A DNA stretch of 64,000 nt from Botryllus schlosseri. Lineage: Eukaryota. The notes under the pieces were generated by a model, which was not told the origin of the DNA, ran no database searches, and saw nothing but the letters and a program-made list of their open reading frames with translations. Each line of letters starts with the position of its first letter. The first letter of the stretch is position 1. Of the stretch, positions 53,001 through 63,022 are shown in pieces. Where the stretch lies: assembly GCA_051294905.1 (NCBI GenBank), contig CM119371.1:39124001-39188000 (forward strand), in the 5' to 3' direction. A program made the translations under genes and the position numbers.

Positions 53001-55451
53001 TATTTCACGGACCCTCGGTTGAGAAACACTGTCCTAGAGCACTGTTTGAAGACATTGTTGGAGGTACAGAACTTCAATATACGATCGGATAGTATATTCA
53101 CGTTGAAATAAACCCGGATATTTTCGGCTGACACTCGTCAGGGGTAATCGTCAGCAACTAGTAGAGAATTGGAAAAGAACACTGTATAGCCTATCAACAA
53201 TTATATCACCAAACGACGTCATTACTCAAGAAGACCAATGATCCCTCTAATTATTGACGATTTCGCACACACTCACCAACTTACTGCGTGGACCCTTAGA
53301 CAACAGTGCGTAACGACTAAAAAAAGGTCATCACTTCGGATTTTTTGTGCTCAACTTATTTTCTGCGCGCAGAGACCGTGTCAGTACTGCGCATTTGCGC
53401 ACTTGCGCAGCTTAGAGGGAACATTGCTCAAGACCACTGTTTCTTAACCTTTTTCTAGCGCCCCTAAAATTCTTTGCGCGGCTGTGTGCACCTTATGACA
53501 TATATTATTTGAGAAGCTGATGACTAAATAAGGTAACCACCGCTGCTATGGTGTCATAATGCCCCCTGCTCACATGGTTGGCTACAAAGCAACCGGATAA
53601 TAAAAAATAAGACAAAATATGGACGTTAGGTAAAAATAGCTTTAGATGTTAAAGGACAATATTTTGTTGTAGTTTCAACATTTGCATTTAATGCGGTATT
53701 GAACGATTAGATAATTCTACTTTTCCAGTATGAGGAATTTAGATCGAAATGCTGGCAATCTAATTCTAATCTAATTAGTGAAATGTTTCTATGGTCATAT
53801 TTCAATTCCTATCTGATCCCTGGTTTTCCTGAAAATGCTCCAGCAGTACGGTGTAGTGAAAAAAGAGCCAAGCTTGATGCAGACGCATTTACTATTCTCT
53901 GATTTGATAATATGAAGTGAGTTCAATTTCCAGGTTGTTGTGAATTCAGCAATTCTAATTCTAATCTGATATATTTTGGAAAAACCCTTGTAGCTATACT
54001 TGTAATTCTAAATCTAATTCGAAAAAACCTCTATATAGGCCTAGTACTAATTCTAGTTTATTTTGGATGAGCTGTATAGCTGTAATTTCAATTCAGAAAA
54101 AACTGTGTAGCCACATATACCGTAATGCTAATTCTAATTTGATTCGGAAAAATTGTGTTGCTATAACACTGATTCTAGACTAATTTGAAAAAGTGTGTAA
54201 GCTATAATTCTAATTCGGACCTAATTCAGAGGAAAGTGTGTACATGTAGTCACAATACTAATTCTAGTGTAACCCGGAAGAAAACTGTGCAGTTTTAATA
54301 CTAGTTCTCAAGTCTAATTCGGAAAAGTTTGTAGCTATAATTTTATTCAGACATAATTTGGAAAAGTTGAAAATTATTGCATCTTACTTTAAACAGTTCT
54401 TTCACTGCAGGACTTTTGATATCGAAGGACTGTTCCTCAAATAACTGAAACAATTTATGTAAGGCTGCTGGCACTCCATTGACTTCTTTAAATCTCTCTT
54501 GATAATCTTCCACAAATTTCCTGGGAAGCTGAAATAACAAATTGTTTGCATGTAATAATACATAGCCCTGTTACCAAACCACAAGAGGTACTTTTCCTAG
54601 AAGAAAATTGTGTCATTCATCTTATATCGCTGATATCGATACAGAGCCGATTAGGCTACCAAGCGTATCGTATTTCATGTTATGGGTGCATTTAGCCTAC
54701 TTATGAACAGAAATAAGGCGTTGAATATTACAATCTAGTGAGGTATGGGTATATTAACACTGTAACACGACACTGGTTCAGTTGATATCCAAGTATATTT
54801 GTTCAGATCATGATTTTGTTTATAAGTTCTGTTTCACTACCAATCAAATGCCTTGGGGCGGAAATCAAAATCAATGGCTACCCACCAATGTTAAAATGAT
54901 ATATATAGAGCACACAATAAACATAATAGCAGCCTACATGAAAATTAGTCACTGCATTTTTAATAATGTGATGGTTGAGCTTGTTTTTGCTCCGATAATG
55001 TCTAATTGCTGACTTGATGGTGGGGGAAGAAAGTAGACCCAAGATCAAGAAGTATGTTATGGTAGTTTTAGTATTTCTGTTAAATTTCCATTTATTTCTA
55101 TTGGTATAGTGGATAAGACTTAGAGATGATAAATTTGGTCAAACTTATTAATGGAGGCCTGATTTAGAGGCACATCCGCACATCAATAAGGTGACATAGA
55201 TTGCGTTCAATTCTTCTCCAAGACTCAACGAGAACTGCCAATTGTTAAAAAATCATTGTACACAACAATAATGACCAAACCTTTGAAAAACATCTCTTTG
55301 GTCGTCCGAACACTTCAGAATTTGTGAACCCCCGGACGATATTGTGTGGTTCTATATGTCTCGGAGACCGCCGTGACTTTTTTGCCGCTCTCTGGTTACT
55401 TCCGGAGGCTGAACTTTCCAAACGGCTATCTCCATGATGTGTACTATCCAT
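31907..55451 (-). CDS. TRPC4AP: Short transient receptor potential channel 4-associated protein (TRUSS; CRL4/DDB1 substrate receptor), 17 coding exons, 781 aa
   Basis: Exons sum to 2346 nt with consistent phases and GT-AG junctions. Recognisable family motifs (from memory of the vertebrate protein): RFWMTRTLESFLRG...DQVFLLKRGLLE, FDLLASLMK, LVDSNMFVRCMVLSL, TLSQENVSCLNTS, LLEFWLKHY, SPSAIVRY. AATAAA at 31867-31862. Confidence 0.95.
32812..33910. mobile_element. hAT non-autonomous element with a nested 300-bp MITE (33429-33732)
   Basis: TIR CAGGGGTAGGCAAAC/GTTTGCCCACCCCTG; TSD CATTTGAC/GATTTGAC. Confidence 0.85.
34317..34461 (-). CDS. TRPC4AP: TRPC4AP exon 16
   Basis: YLKAISTYREDYFTTGKELLTKLSKLLEFWLKHYSYSFKEHDIKSLEE. 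Confidence 0.92.
35493..35563 (-). CDS. TRPC4AP: TRPC4AP exon 15
   Basis: ENVSCLNTSIIILLIADLDGELP; preceded by a 67-bp intron. Confidence 0.94.
35631..35849 (-). CDS. TRPC4AP: TRPC4AP exon 14
   Basis: FSRLCHIVENNLVDSNMFVRCMVLSLRHF...IEVIFNLVQLLDIKTLSQ. Confidence 0.95.
35913..36948. mobile_element. Charlie-like hAT MITE with a nested GACTC element (about 36128-36529)
   Basis: CAGTGGTTCTCAAC...GTTGAGGACCACGG; degenerate TSD. Confidence 0.7.
37477..37617 (-). CDS. TRPC4AP: TRPC4AP exon 13
   Basis: DLFGILLSPETPSSEVIQGHFDLLASLMKDNDVAFEGFSRIVDCADK. Confidence 0.93.
38443..38682 (+). mobile_element. Decayed DNA transposase C-terminal fragment (hAT-related)
   Basis: QPTTAAVKRSFSILGKLLSKERHF resembles the PxTSxxVERSFS...L...R motif. 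Confidence 0.6.
39049..39139 (-). CDS. TRPC4AP: TRPC4AP exon 12
   Basis: RFWMTRTLESFLRGARCKFDQVFLLKRGLLE. Confidence 0.95.
39900..40029 (-). CDS. TRPC4AP: TRPC4AP exon 11
   Basis: VSLGMRMPDDFDKLDKTKCCERDKGLLVELIEKMKRESRDSYL. Confidence 0.92.
41032..41146 (-). CDS. TRPC4AP: TRPC4AP exon 10
   Basis: EQAVKIHYFRLLYAVADHHIHRYLLLNREELSEIESIA. Confidence 0.92.
42070..42183 (-). CDS. TRPC4AP: TRPC4AP exon 9
   Basis: MQEHVMSYDLIRGLEKSVEKLIWVTTGEDHFPSHEEGP. Confidence 0.9.
43483..43616 (-). CDS. TRPC4AP: TRPC4AP exon 8
   Basis: ESPIPLAEEYSDSAIYQAAMYCEKSARADGYLMLSTLLSGKCRKK. Confidence 0.85.
43690..44215. repeat. Minisatellite, about 42-bp unit (TGTGTAGCTATAATTCTAATT...), with a higher-order duplication
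   Basis: About 12 degenerate units; a block of about 125 bp is repeated (about 43823-43975 and about 43990-44150). Confidence 0.85.
44321..44479 (-). CDS. TRPC4AP: TRPC4AP exon 7
   Basis: EYLLSFPKFLDHLFASTTKSVASTIPGSFAELLLRVVGDSFDLSMLDIDAEMA. Confidence 0.88.
44660..46967 (+). mobile_element. GACTC family MITE split by a 1.84-kb hAT insertion
   Basis: Left part 44660-44956 and right part 46800-46967 are contiguous in other copies. Confidence 0.85.
44957..46799. mobile_element. Buster-like hAT non-autonomous element with internal tandem repeats of about 330-380 bp
   Basis: TIR CAGTGGTTCTTAACCTT/AAGGTTAAGAACCACTG; TSD CTTTAACT; GGGGGCGCTGG subterminal motifs. Confidence 0.92.
47248..47417 (-). 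CDS. TRPC4AP: TRPC4AP exon 6
   Basis: AVLNRDLMHIQQAHLYHILVSAIAVGDSIMGMDASLEKFDEILMDDAKIQLNKANQ. Confidence 0.9.
48362..49441. mobile_element. Two oppositely oriented GACTC family MITEs flanking TRPC4AP exon 5
   Basis: 48362-48623 (+) and 48924-49441 (-). Confidence 0.85.
48636..48811 (-). CDS. TRPC4AP: TRPC4AP exon 5
   Basis: LDIGISHLCKNVRLLHFLFSLLTLREKRMFADATLLLEEMLLSEPRVVYLDMKKIPCL. Confidence 0.9.
49747..49875 (-). CDS. TRPC4AP: TRPC4AP exon 4 (alternative end at 49735)
   Basis: LCVNIIVNTFYNIHENIGEDVNIKEVPEDVMDVVKQILQIIQV; two GTGAGT donors 12 nt apart. Confidence 0.87.
50037..50649. mobile_element. Foldback/palindromic MITE, 613 bp, TA flanks
   Basis: ta-GGGCTGTTCAAAA...TTTTGAACAGCCC-ta; arms of about 300 bp, nearly perfectly complementary, around a short loop at about 50340; fragments near 34490-34880 and 47078-47185. 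Confidence 0.9.
51363..51440 (-). CDS. TRPC4AP: TRPC4AP exon 3
   Basis: IIIEPIMMEPPVTNACLEVYYSGGLE; tttcag/GTAAGG. Confidence 0.85.
52564..53031. mobile_element. Charlie-like hAT MITE
   Basis: CAGTGGTTCTC...GAGAAACACTG; GGACCC motifs; TSD TTCTAAAG/TCCTAGAG. Confidence 0.7.
53950..54345. repeat. Minisatellite, same ~42-bp family as 43690-44215
   Basis: About 9 degenerate TGTAGCTATAATTCTAATTC units. Confidence 0.8.
54388..54528 (-). CDS. TRPC4AP: TRPC4AP exon 2
   Basis: LPRKFVEDYQERFKEVNGVPAALHKLFQLFEEQSFDIKSPAVKELFK; tttcag/GTAAGA. Confidence 0.88.
55281..55451 (-). CDS. TRPC4AP: TRPC4AP coding exon 1
   Basis: MDSTHHGDSRLESS...HNIVRGFTNSEVFGRPKRCFSK; donor GTTTGG; splice acceptor 35 nt upstream of the ATG. 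Confidence 0.75.
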
Positions 55452-57206
55452 TATAACAATTAGTCTACCGAATGTGGGTAGGTATTCTGAAATTCAAATT
55501 GCACCAGAACATGATAACTTTTTTGAATCCACGAAGTAAGCAGAGCAATATTTACGAGCATATTAGGCCTGCTTCATACTCTGACATTGAATTGAAAAGT
55601 GTCGCGAGCTTTTCAAGCTACATAATTACAGTAAGGACATGCTGTTGTACAGATCACGGACTCGACAGACAACAGTAGGGCTGGGAACAATGATTCGAGT
55701 GCTTAAATCTGAACCGAGCATTACAGCTAATGACACAGTCGAGCATGGAGAGATGATTTTCTCGAACCTCGAACTATGAAATTACACGTTCATTCTCAAA
55801 ATGAGTGTTACTCGAACTCAATGCCTATTGCTGGATTCAGAAAAGAATCTCCCACATCTGCCCAGTCCTATTCGTTACCATTGTAGAGTTGATTCAGGAA
55901 TTTGTGGGATTTCAGAGAGACCACAACTTCACAAATTAGCAACAAGAATCAAATGCTAGTAACAGAATTCAGATTTTAAGCCAAATATCAAAGTATGGAT
56001 GTTTGCAATGGAAATGCTAATACCGACAATAGGCTAGCTCAAACCAACTATTCAACAACACTAAAACATATTTTTAAAGACTATCATCAACAGACAATAT
56101 TCAATGCAAAATTGATTATGCAGAAATATGAATTTGGCAACCGAGGAATGAAAATACTCATATGCAGCGAACTGGCATTTACTACAATTAGCCGACAAAG
56201 ACTAGATACAGTTGCATGTAATAATTACCCTCAAGTAGGCTACGTTGATATTGAGATCTTACTGCTTTATGAAACTGTGATGTACAAGAACTCAACTATG
56301 ATACATGCGGCTAGGTTTTCAGTGAAGGACCGAACACTGCCGCGACAGAATGATAGCGCACCTCCGCAGATGTCCTTGAAAAGTCTCATTTTCAAAATCA
56401 TTGGCAGATATACAAAGGCTTCAGTCTATGATCGTATACACTGGGGGTGATATCAATCATATCATACATATATATATGAAGAGATAGTAATGAGACAATA
56501 AACTGACATAGTGCATTATAGCAAAGTAGGCCTACGTCATTGGTAAAAAATACCGTGAAATCAAATCCCAGCTCTAACAAACCTCATTATATATAAATAA
56601 AGATATCAACATCACCAATCAAGATTCCTATCAACACGACAAAATGCATGGCATTTATAATTTGGCTACGATTGTGCATCGTAAAATTAGAGGGCTGCGG
56701 GTCTATATGCTATAGCAAAATCAAGGATTTTGGTTAGATTATAGTAGTATCATCAAATTAGGGTTGGATTTTCATAAGATTATGGTTATAGGTATAGGGT
56801 GAAGTGAGGTCAGAGTTGAGGGTTACATTAGGTGGAAGTATCTTAGGATTAGGGTTGGGATAAGCGTAATGAATGTTCCTACAATACAATAAACTTTGAA
56901 CCCTAAACCTCTTATAAACTTCACAAATTTTGACATGTTCATGGGGAAACCCAATTGATGATGATCAACTAAACCCCAAATCATTTAGCTTTCGCTAATT
57001 TGAGTGCGCTATACTATAGTACAGACAGACTATAGATCACATGGTGAATTTGAGTAGGCAAACAAGCAGTTATTATCACACTGTCGTGTTATTGAAATGA
57101 TCGAATATTTGAGATTTCTAAGATGGCAGTACACAGATTTACTATTGAATAGTTTCAAAGCATCGTAAAATTTGATAAATAGAAGTAATTGTGCACTAAT
57201 ATACAT

Positions 57207-57500
57207 TCAACTGTCTTTCTTCGATTCAAAACTCATTCCCTTTGATTCCAAGTCTTTCCTCGCCTCCAACACCTGTGCTTTAAGCTCTTCAGCGGCTTCG
57301 GGGCAGTCGTTAAATGTCATTACTCGATATAAGATGATGACGATTGATACGACTCCAAATATGAGGATCAGTATCAACGGTAGAGGCAAAAATGCGTCTT
57401 GCATATACTTGGGAACAGTTCCGGTGACGTTGAATGTGAAAAATATCCATACGGCCAGGATTGTAAAGGTTGCCAGCACCCATTCCATTAATTTTGTCAT
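57207..57500 (-). CDS. DPM3: Dolichol-phosphate mannosyltransferase subunit 3
   Basis: 97-aa ORF MTKLMEW, two TM segments, then LYRVMTFNDCPEAAEELKAQVLEARKDLESKG, the DPM3 signature. Splice acceptor (tatttcag) about 37 nt upstream of the ATG. Confidence 0.96.
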   Translation of the reverse strand: MTKLMEWVLATFTILAVWIFFTFNVTGTVPKYMQDAFLPLPLILILIFGVVSIVIILYRVMTFNDCPEAAEELKAQVLEARKDLESKGMSFESKKDS

Positions 57501-57703
57501 TTTTGATAGGTAGGATGTAGCTATTTATTACCAAAATCTGAAATACAGGGGGGGGGTTAAAATACGATGTAACGCTGTCTGTTTGCCTACAAGCATCCTA
57601 TATATTGTTCGAGTATATTCTGTGAGCAACCTGAAAAATGTTGTTGCTCTTAGGTTCAAATTTGAAAACCACCAAGACCTTTTTAATTATAATTGTAATA
57701 AAC

Positions 57704-58155
57704 TAGGCTTACCATATTCTGGAAATCTAAAAAGAGGACACTTTTTCAGAAATTTGAGACTAGCAAAACCGGAGAAGAATTTTCAAAACTCGGTGAATTT
57801 TTCCCACTTTGTGATCGGTTGACTAAAAAATAAAAATAAAGGTCAACTTTCCGCTCAGAAAGCCCAAAATACCGTTTTTTTTTCTCCCCATTGCTAGGTG
57901 GTTGACTAAAAAAAAAAAAAAGTCAACTTTTCGCTCAGAGCTCAAATCACCGTTTTTCACTCCGAAATACCTGCCGGAGCGTCACTTCTGTGCTGATTTA
58001 CGGCATATCACTCGCATTTTGCTTTAAATGTTATTTAAATATTCAAAAAAGAGGACAAAATCTCAAAAAAGAGGAGAAAAGGGCGTCCTCCGAGGACACT
58101 TTCAAAAAAGTCAAAGAGGACAAATCCTTATAAAAGAGGACGTATGGTAACCCTA
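57704..58155. mobile_element. hAT MITE (TAGGGTTACCA family) upstream of the DPM3 CDS
   Basis: TAGGCTTACCATA...TATGGTAACCCTA; TSD TAATAAAC; AGAGGAC motifs. Confidence 0.88.
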
Positions 58156-58624
58156 TAATAAACCCTAACCCTGTTGTAATTATAACTTCAACGTTTGCGT
58201 CACGTTGAGGCTTACGGCCACGGGCAAAATGGTACCGGTATCATAATATATATATAATATATTATATTCGATTTCATTGATACCTCATTTCTGTACAGTA
58301 TATTAATAAGTTGCACGAAAATATAACAATACACTTATATATAGCTAGAAGTATTTCAGCGTACGGAACATTTGACAAATTTTTATACTAACATATTCAA
58401 GCTAAATGCTTTTCAAAACACCAGCAGCAAGGAGAAGTTTACGGTAATAAAGTCCAAAGTCACTCAACTATGACAAGTCGTCCGAACGTATTTTCATGGA
58501 GCGAGAAATGTTGCACAACTTGATGTTATGTAGTATGGCGCCTTACGGCGAACGTCGTTGTAGGTTGGATTATTTGGAGTTCGCGGCGCAAATATGGCTG
58601 GATGTGCTGTGAAAGGTCAAGAAA

Positions 58625-60223
58625 ATGACGCATAAAGGAAGGATAGCTCAAGAAGGAAGCAAAATAGTGTCTGACAGAGACTGTCCTGTTCTATTTCGCT
58701 TCCCAAGAAATCCAATCCTCAACGTCGTCACTTCTCACTTTAGAAGAAGTGGGATCAAAGGTACAGTACCGTAGTATTAGTAGTAAGTCTACTGTAGTAC
58801 ATGTAGTGTTCGTAAAAGTCAAGTATAGAGACCTTTAGCTTTCACATACGGTACACAATGAAATGTGGACTGTTAATTTCTCAAAACTAATATGGTGTGA
58901 AGTTAACTTGATACAGTCCATTGTTGTTATGAGTATATACCAATTGAGTAATAAAAATACTGAAATACAAATTTGATGTGTCTCAGGTGACCATCAGCAT
59001 TGATCATTGCCTAGTGATATGACACGTTCATGGTTCATCCTCAGTGTCTTTATATTATCCTAATCATGGGTTATATTTTATGCAGCATATGATTTCACTG
59101 GAAGAATTCCACCAATGGAGAGAAGATTTTGTAGTCTTGAAATTATTTTTCGCTTGCTAACAAACCGGTCAAGGTGGTACATGTTGTTTTGGATGAGTCT
59201 TCGTGCGGATGTGGAAAGCGGCTGGCTGGTAAGATTCAATTGTATACTGCTGAAGAGTACCATTGCTTAGCATTGTATAATACCGTTTGCAGATAGGAAT
59301 GAAATACCATCTGCTGATAATCTAAGATCAGCCCTGAGTTACCCGTCAAGCATATTCAACCATCCGTCACTAATCACGATACCATATGATGTTGCGAGAA
59401 CAGCTGCACACTGCACAGGTAAGACATTGTTTGATGCTGCACAACCTTTTACTCATTGGAAACCTTATCCCTCGGTTATGGAACAGTGTCGGAGGTTCTC
59501 ACAAACCCTGAATTTCTTAAAGTGGCAATATCATTTTCATCGTATTGTCGTGCTTTGTCATTATCAGTGACCTTGAGCATTTTTCAAATGATTACATCTG
59601 TCACTAAATGAAATTTCCAATAATAGCCTACATGGAAACCAGTTGAAGCCGGCATTTGACTATCGAGCATACTTTGTAATGTAGCCATACGCAGTTGGTG
59701 TTGTCTGCAAAACGCATCCTTGATTTTCTCTGGTTTGGGCAGTCCACAAAGGGTGCACTCGCAAATTTATTTAGTTTGGTACAAGATCAATTTTAGTGTA
59801 TTTATTCATTTAGTATGTTATATTTTTATTCAGGTCTGCATGCGGGAAATTATCATGCAACATCAACGGAATTCATTGCTTCTTGTGAAAATGATGACGG
59901 TACCTCAATTCCATATTCCATGCGAACCCCAAATTGATGACTCGGAATATGAACGCATGGAATCGCTCTCAGACGTATCTTATACTATCTGGCCCTGGTG
60001 GGTTGGACATTCACCAATCGTTCATTTTTTCGTGGTGCACTGGACGATGTTCGTGCAGCCAGCCCACTATGAACCGGTCCTATACCAATACCGAGAAAAC
60101 CATTGCCGAGAATGCTATTACCGAGAATGGACATTACCGACAGTCGTCAAGCATGTCTATTGTCTAAGTCTACATGCTTACTGTTTCTACCGTTCAATTG
60201 TTTTCCTTATATTGCCATCTTGA
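58625..60223 (+). other. Putative spliced transcript divergent from DPM3 (unrecognised small ORFs or lncRNA)
   Basis: Candidate exons 58625-58760 (AG|GTACAG), 59293-59418 (ttgcag / AG|GTAAGA) and 59834 onward (ttttattcag) join in frame to give 121 aa, stop at 59935-59937. An overlapping 140-aa frame runs 59386-60223. No homology recognised. Confidence 0.3.
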
Positions 60224-61806
60224 GGTGTTTTGATCTGATGGAAATTTCAATAAATGGCTGGGACTACCTATATTTCGTGTCATCCAAATACATGGATCTA
60301 TCACAGAAAGCACCCGTAAATTTGTTGTCAGATTTAGAATTGTTGAAGAGAAACGAAGAATCGTACGAGGGAGAAACCAGTATGCTTGGAAATGTGCTGC
60401 AAGGTCAGGTATAAGACGAAAAATATTAAAAAACTTATTTTTACATCTGAGGACTTTGAGGATAAGGTTTCTACATGTTAGTTCTCATCTATTGCATAAA
60501 AGTTGCTGCGGACATGTGTTTAGAAGCGGAGGCTAGTCAGAAATCCCGGTGTGAATGGTGGTAGTTGTCTGCTTGCAGGTTGGTTGTCTAGTCAGTGAGT
60601 ACTCCAGTTCCATTGGGCAGTGATACCAGGTCATGGAATTCGTGCGGCTATAGTGGAATGTAAAACTGGACGGTCATGACCAGCAATAATCCTGCATCCC
60701 GACTAGTAATATTTTCGGTCTACGCCAAGATTGATATTGCAGCATATATAAGGTATATTTCGTTTGAAGGTCAACCATATAGAAATATTTCGTTTTAATA
60801 TCGTTGAAATACATACTGCAATCCTTGAAATCCCACACAGCCAAATAATTCTCGGGAAATAACCGTTAAAAGTCGAAATATAAGGTCGGCAAGCACGGAT
60901 TTCCATTACCGCAGGTTAGCGCCGACGGACTTCTGTGCAACATTTTGCGCTCCAGTACTCTCATAACATTGCGCTTATTAGTCGGACGACTTGTCATAGT
61001 TGAGTGACTTTGATAAAGTCATCAAGGTTTTATTTGCTAACTACTGTGTTGAAGACAAGTATCGCATGTATCGTCATTTATACAGATTCCAACCTGCCAC
61101 ATGTAAGAGATCGAGAGAGAGATATTTATTGATTTGTCCTACCGGAAAGAAAATCATAATGTCGGATGAACATCATAATAAAAAACAATCAACGGTGCAG
61201 GATAGGATTCCATCGATATTACTCTAGAGTTGCCTTATTCTGGGATCCTGAAAAGAGAACACTATTTACAAATCATAAAAGTTCGACTAACGGACTAGTA
61301 AACGGGTAATTAGAACATTTTTACAGAAAATCGTCTTGTGTTGAGTGAAGAAAAAAAGGTCATGTTTCCAGTCCAACACCCGAGAGACACGCTCGAACGT
61401 CCACATTGCAGATTCTGCGTCATTTAAGGCGTTTTTTAGTTGTGCCTAGCTGACAAAGCTACAAAGGATTGCCAAAAAGGAGGATATTCAGGCGTCTTCG
61501 GGTGACATTTTCGATTTCCTGAAAAAGGAGGACAAATCCTTCTAAAGGGGGACAAATGGTAAGATATTACTCTAGGTATCGTCAACTACTGTGCTGCATT
61601 TGCCTGCATTCAACAATTGCAGATGTTATCTGGAAATTTGGTTAGGGTATAACATAACATAACATGGTTGGGTTATATTTTTGATCTGAACAAGTCACAC
61701 ACAATGTACAATGCGATAAGACACAATGCGATGTCATGAACATATAGGAGGATGTCGAACGACACGCATCAGTAGCGATCATTTACTCAGACACCTCGGC
61801 CTAGAT

Positions 61807-63022
61807 CAGGGGGTCTCAAAGGGTGGGCCACAGAGCAATTTGAGGTGGGCCACAAGGCTATTTAGAAAATTTTAGAATGAAGCACGTTTAGTTTTATTTG
61901 TTATCTTAGACGCTAAAAATATATTCATAAACTTTTCATCCGACTTTGATGAGACGTAGTGGCACGTCTGAAGTCAGCATGTACATTGTACAATTGTACA
62001 CGTCGAAAACGGGAAGGACAAACGGCGGCTTTTTCCATTGGCCATGACAACCAACGGCTAACAGCAACTAAAGTAATTTCGAGTATATGATAACTGGAAG
62101 GTAATGCTGAAGTAACTAAGTATCCCGGCAGGGTCATATGTCGTAGCCTATGCCGTTGAAAGGGGGTGCATTAAACTCGGAATGAAGTGTAATTGATGTA
62201 TAGATTTACCGTACTTCGGCAGGTCGTATTATTGTAAGATAAAAAATAGCCATAATTGAAAATTATTAGCAACTTCTGATGAAGGTATACTGCACCGTCA
62301 CAACGAATCGTAATGGATTGAGGATTTAGCGGAGCGCATTAATCTTTGGAGTCGGTTTAAAAGGTCCGGCCTGGAAATCATTGAACAAAATGTAATTTTC
62401 ACATGAATTGATTTTATCATTGGATTGGATATTCTGACATTGCAACTTCAGTTGGTTTGGAACAAGACATACAATGTACATTGTACAGCATGCATATTAA
62501 AAAAATTATTCTCCACTTCTCTGTAGTATTAGCACCCCAATCAATAATGAATTGTTTGAAGCTGGCCCAGAATGATTATATTATTCCCCACAACAGTGGA
62601 ACTAAAACCCTAATCACACAGTGGATGAGGGGACTTGATCATTGTGTTTCGCGACGTGAATGGAGCAGCGGACGATCATAATATACACAGGAGTTTAAGC
62701 CTATGATCTACTAGGGCCGTAACTGCCACACCCAAACCCCCAATTGGGAGAGCTCGAAGGGGCCCAACATTATTTCATTGGTGGTTTGTTGGAGGATTTT
62801 ATTCAACTCAAATTTTTGTCGCGATTTCATGTCCCTAGAGGTCTAAATTTAAATATCATCAGTAAATTAAGAGAAAATGCGCTTATTTTAGATAAATAGG
62901 CATTTCGGCGCCGTCGACTACCACGCATTAAACAGGATTGTGACTCGAAGATAAGAGGTGGGCCACAGCGCATTTTCAAACCGGAAAATGGGCAACGGCC
63001 GAAAAAGGGCTGAGAACCCCTG
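61807..63022. mobile_element. Buster-like hAT non-autonomous element
   Basis: TIR CAGGGGGTCTCA/TGAGAACCCCTG; TSD GCCTAGAT; GTGGGCCAC motifs. Confidence 0.9.

Noticed and set aside
55995..56450. 151-aa plus-strand ORF
   Set aside because: No recognisable domain or splice context; probably a chance ORF.
58470..58630. Plus-strand frame MTSRPNVFSWSEKCCTT-TGA-CYVVW resembling a CxxU selenoprotein motif
   Set aside because: No thioredoxin-like context, further stops follow soon after, and no SECIS was recognised.
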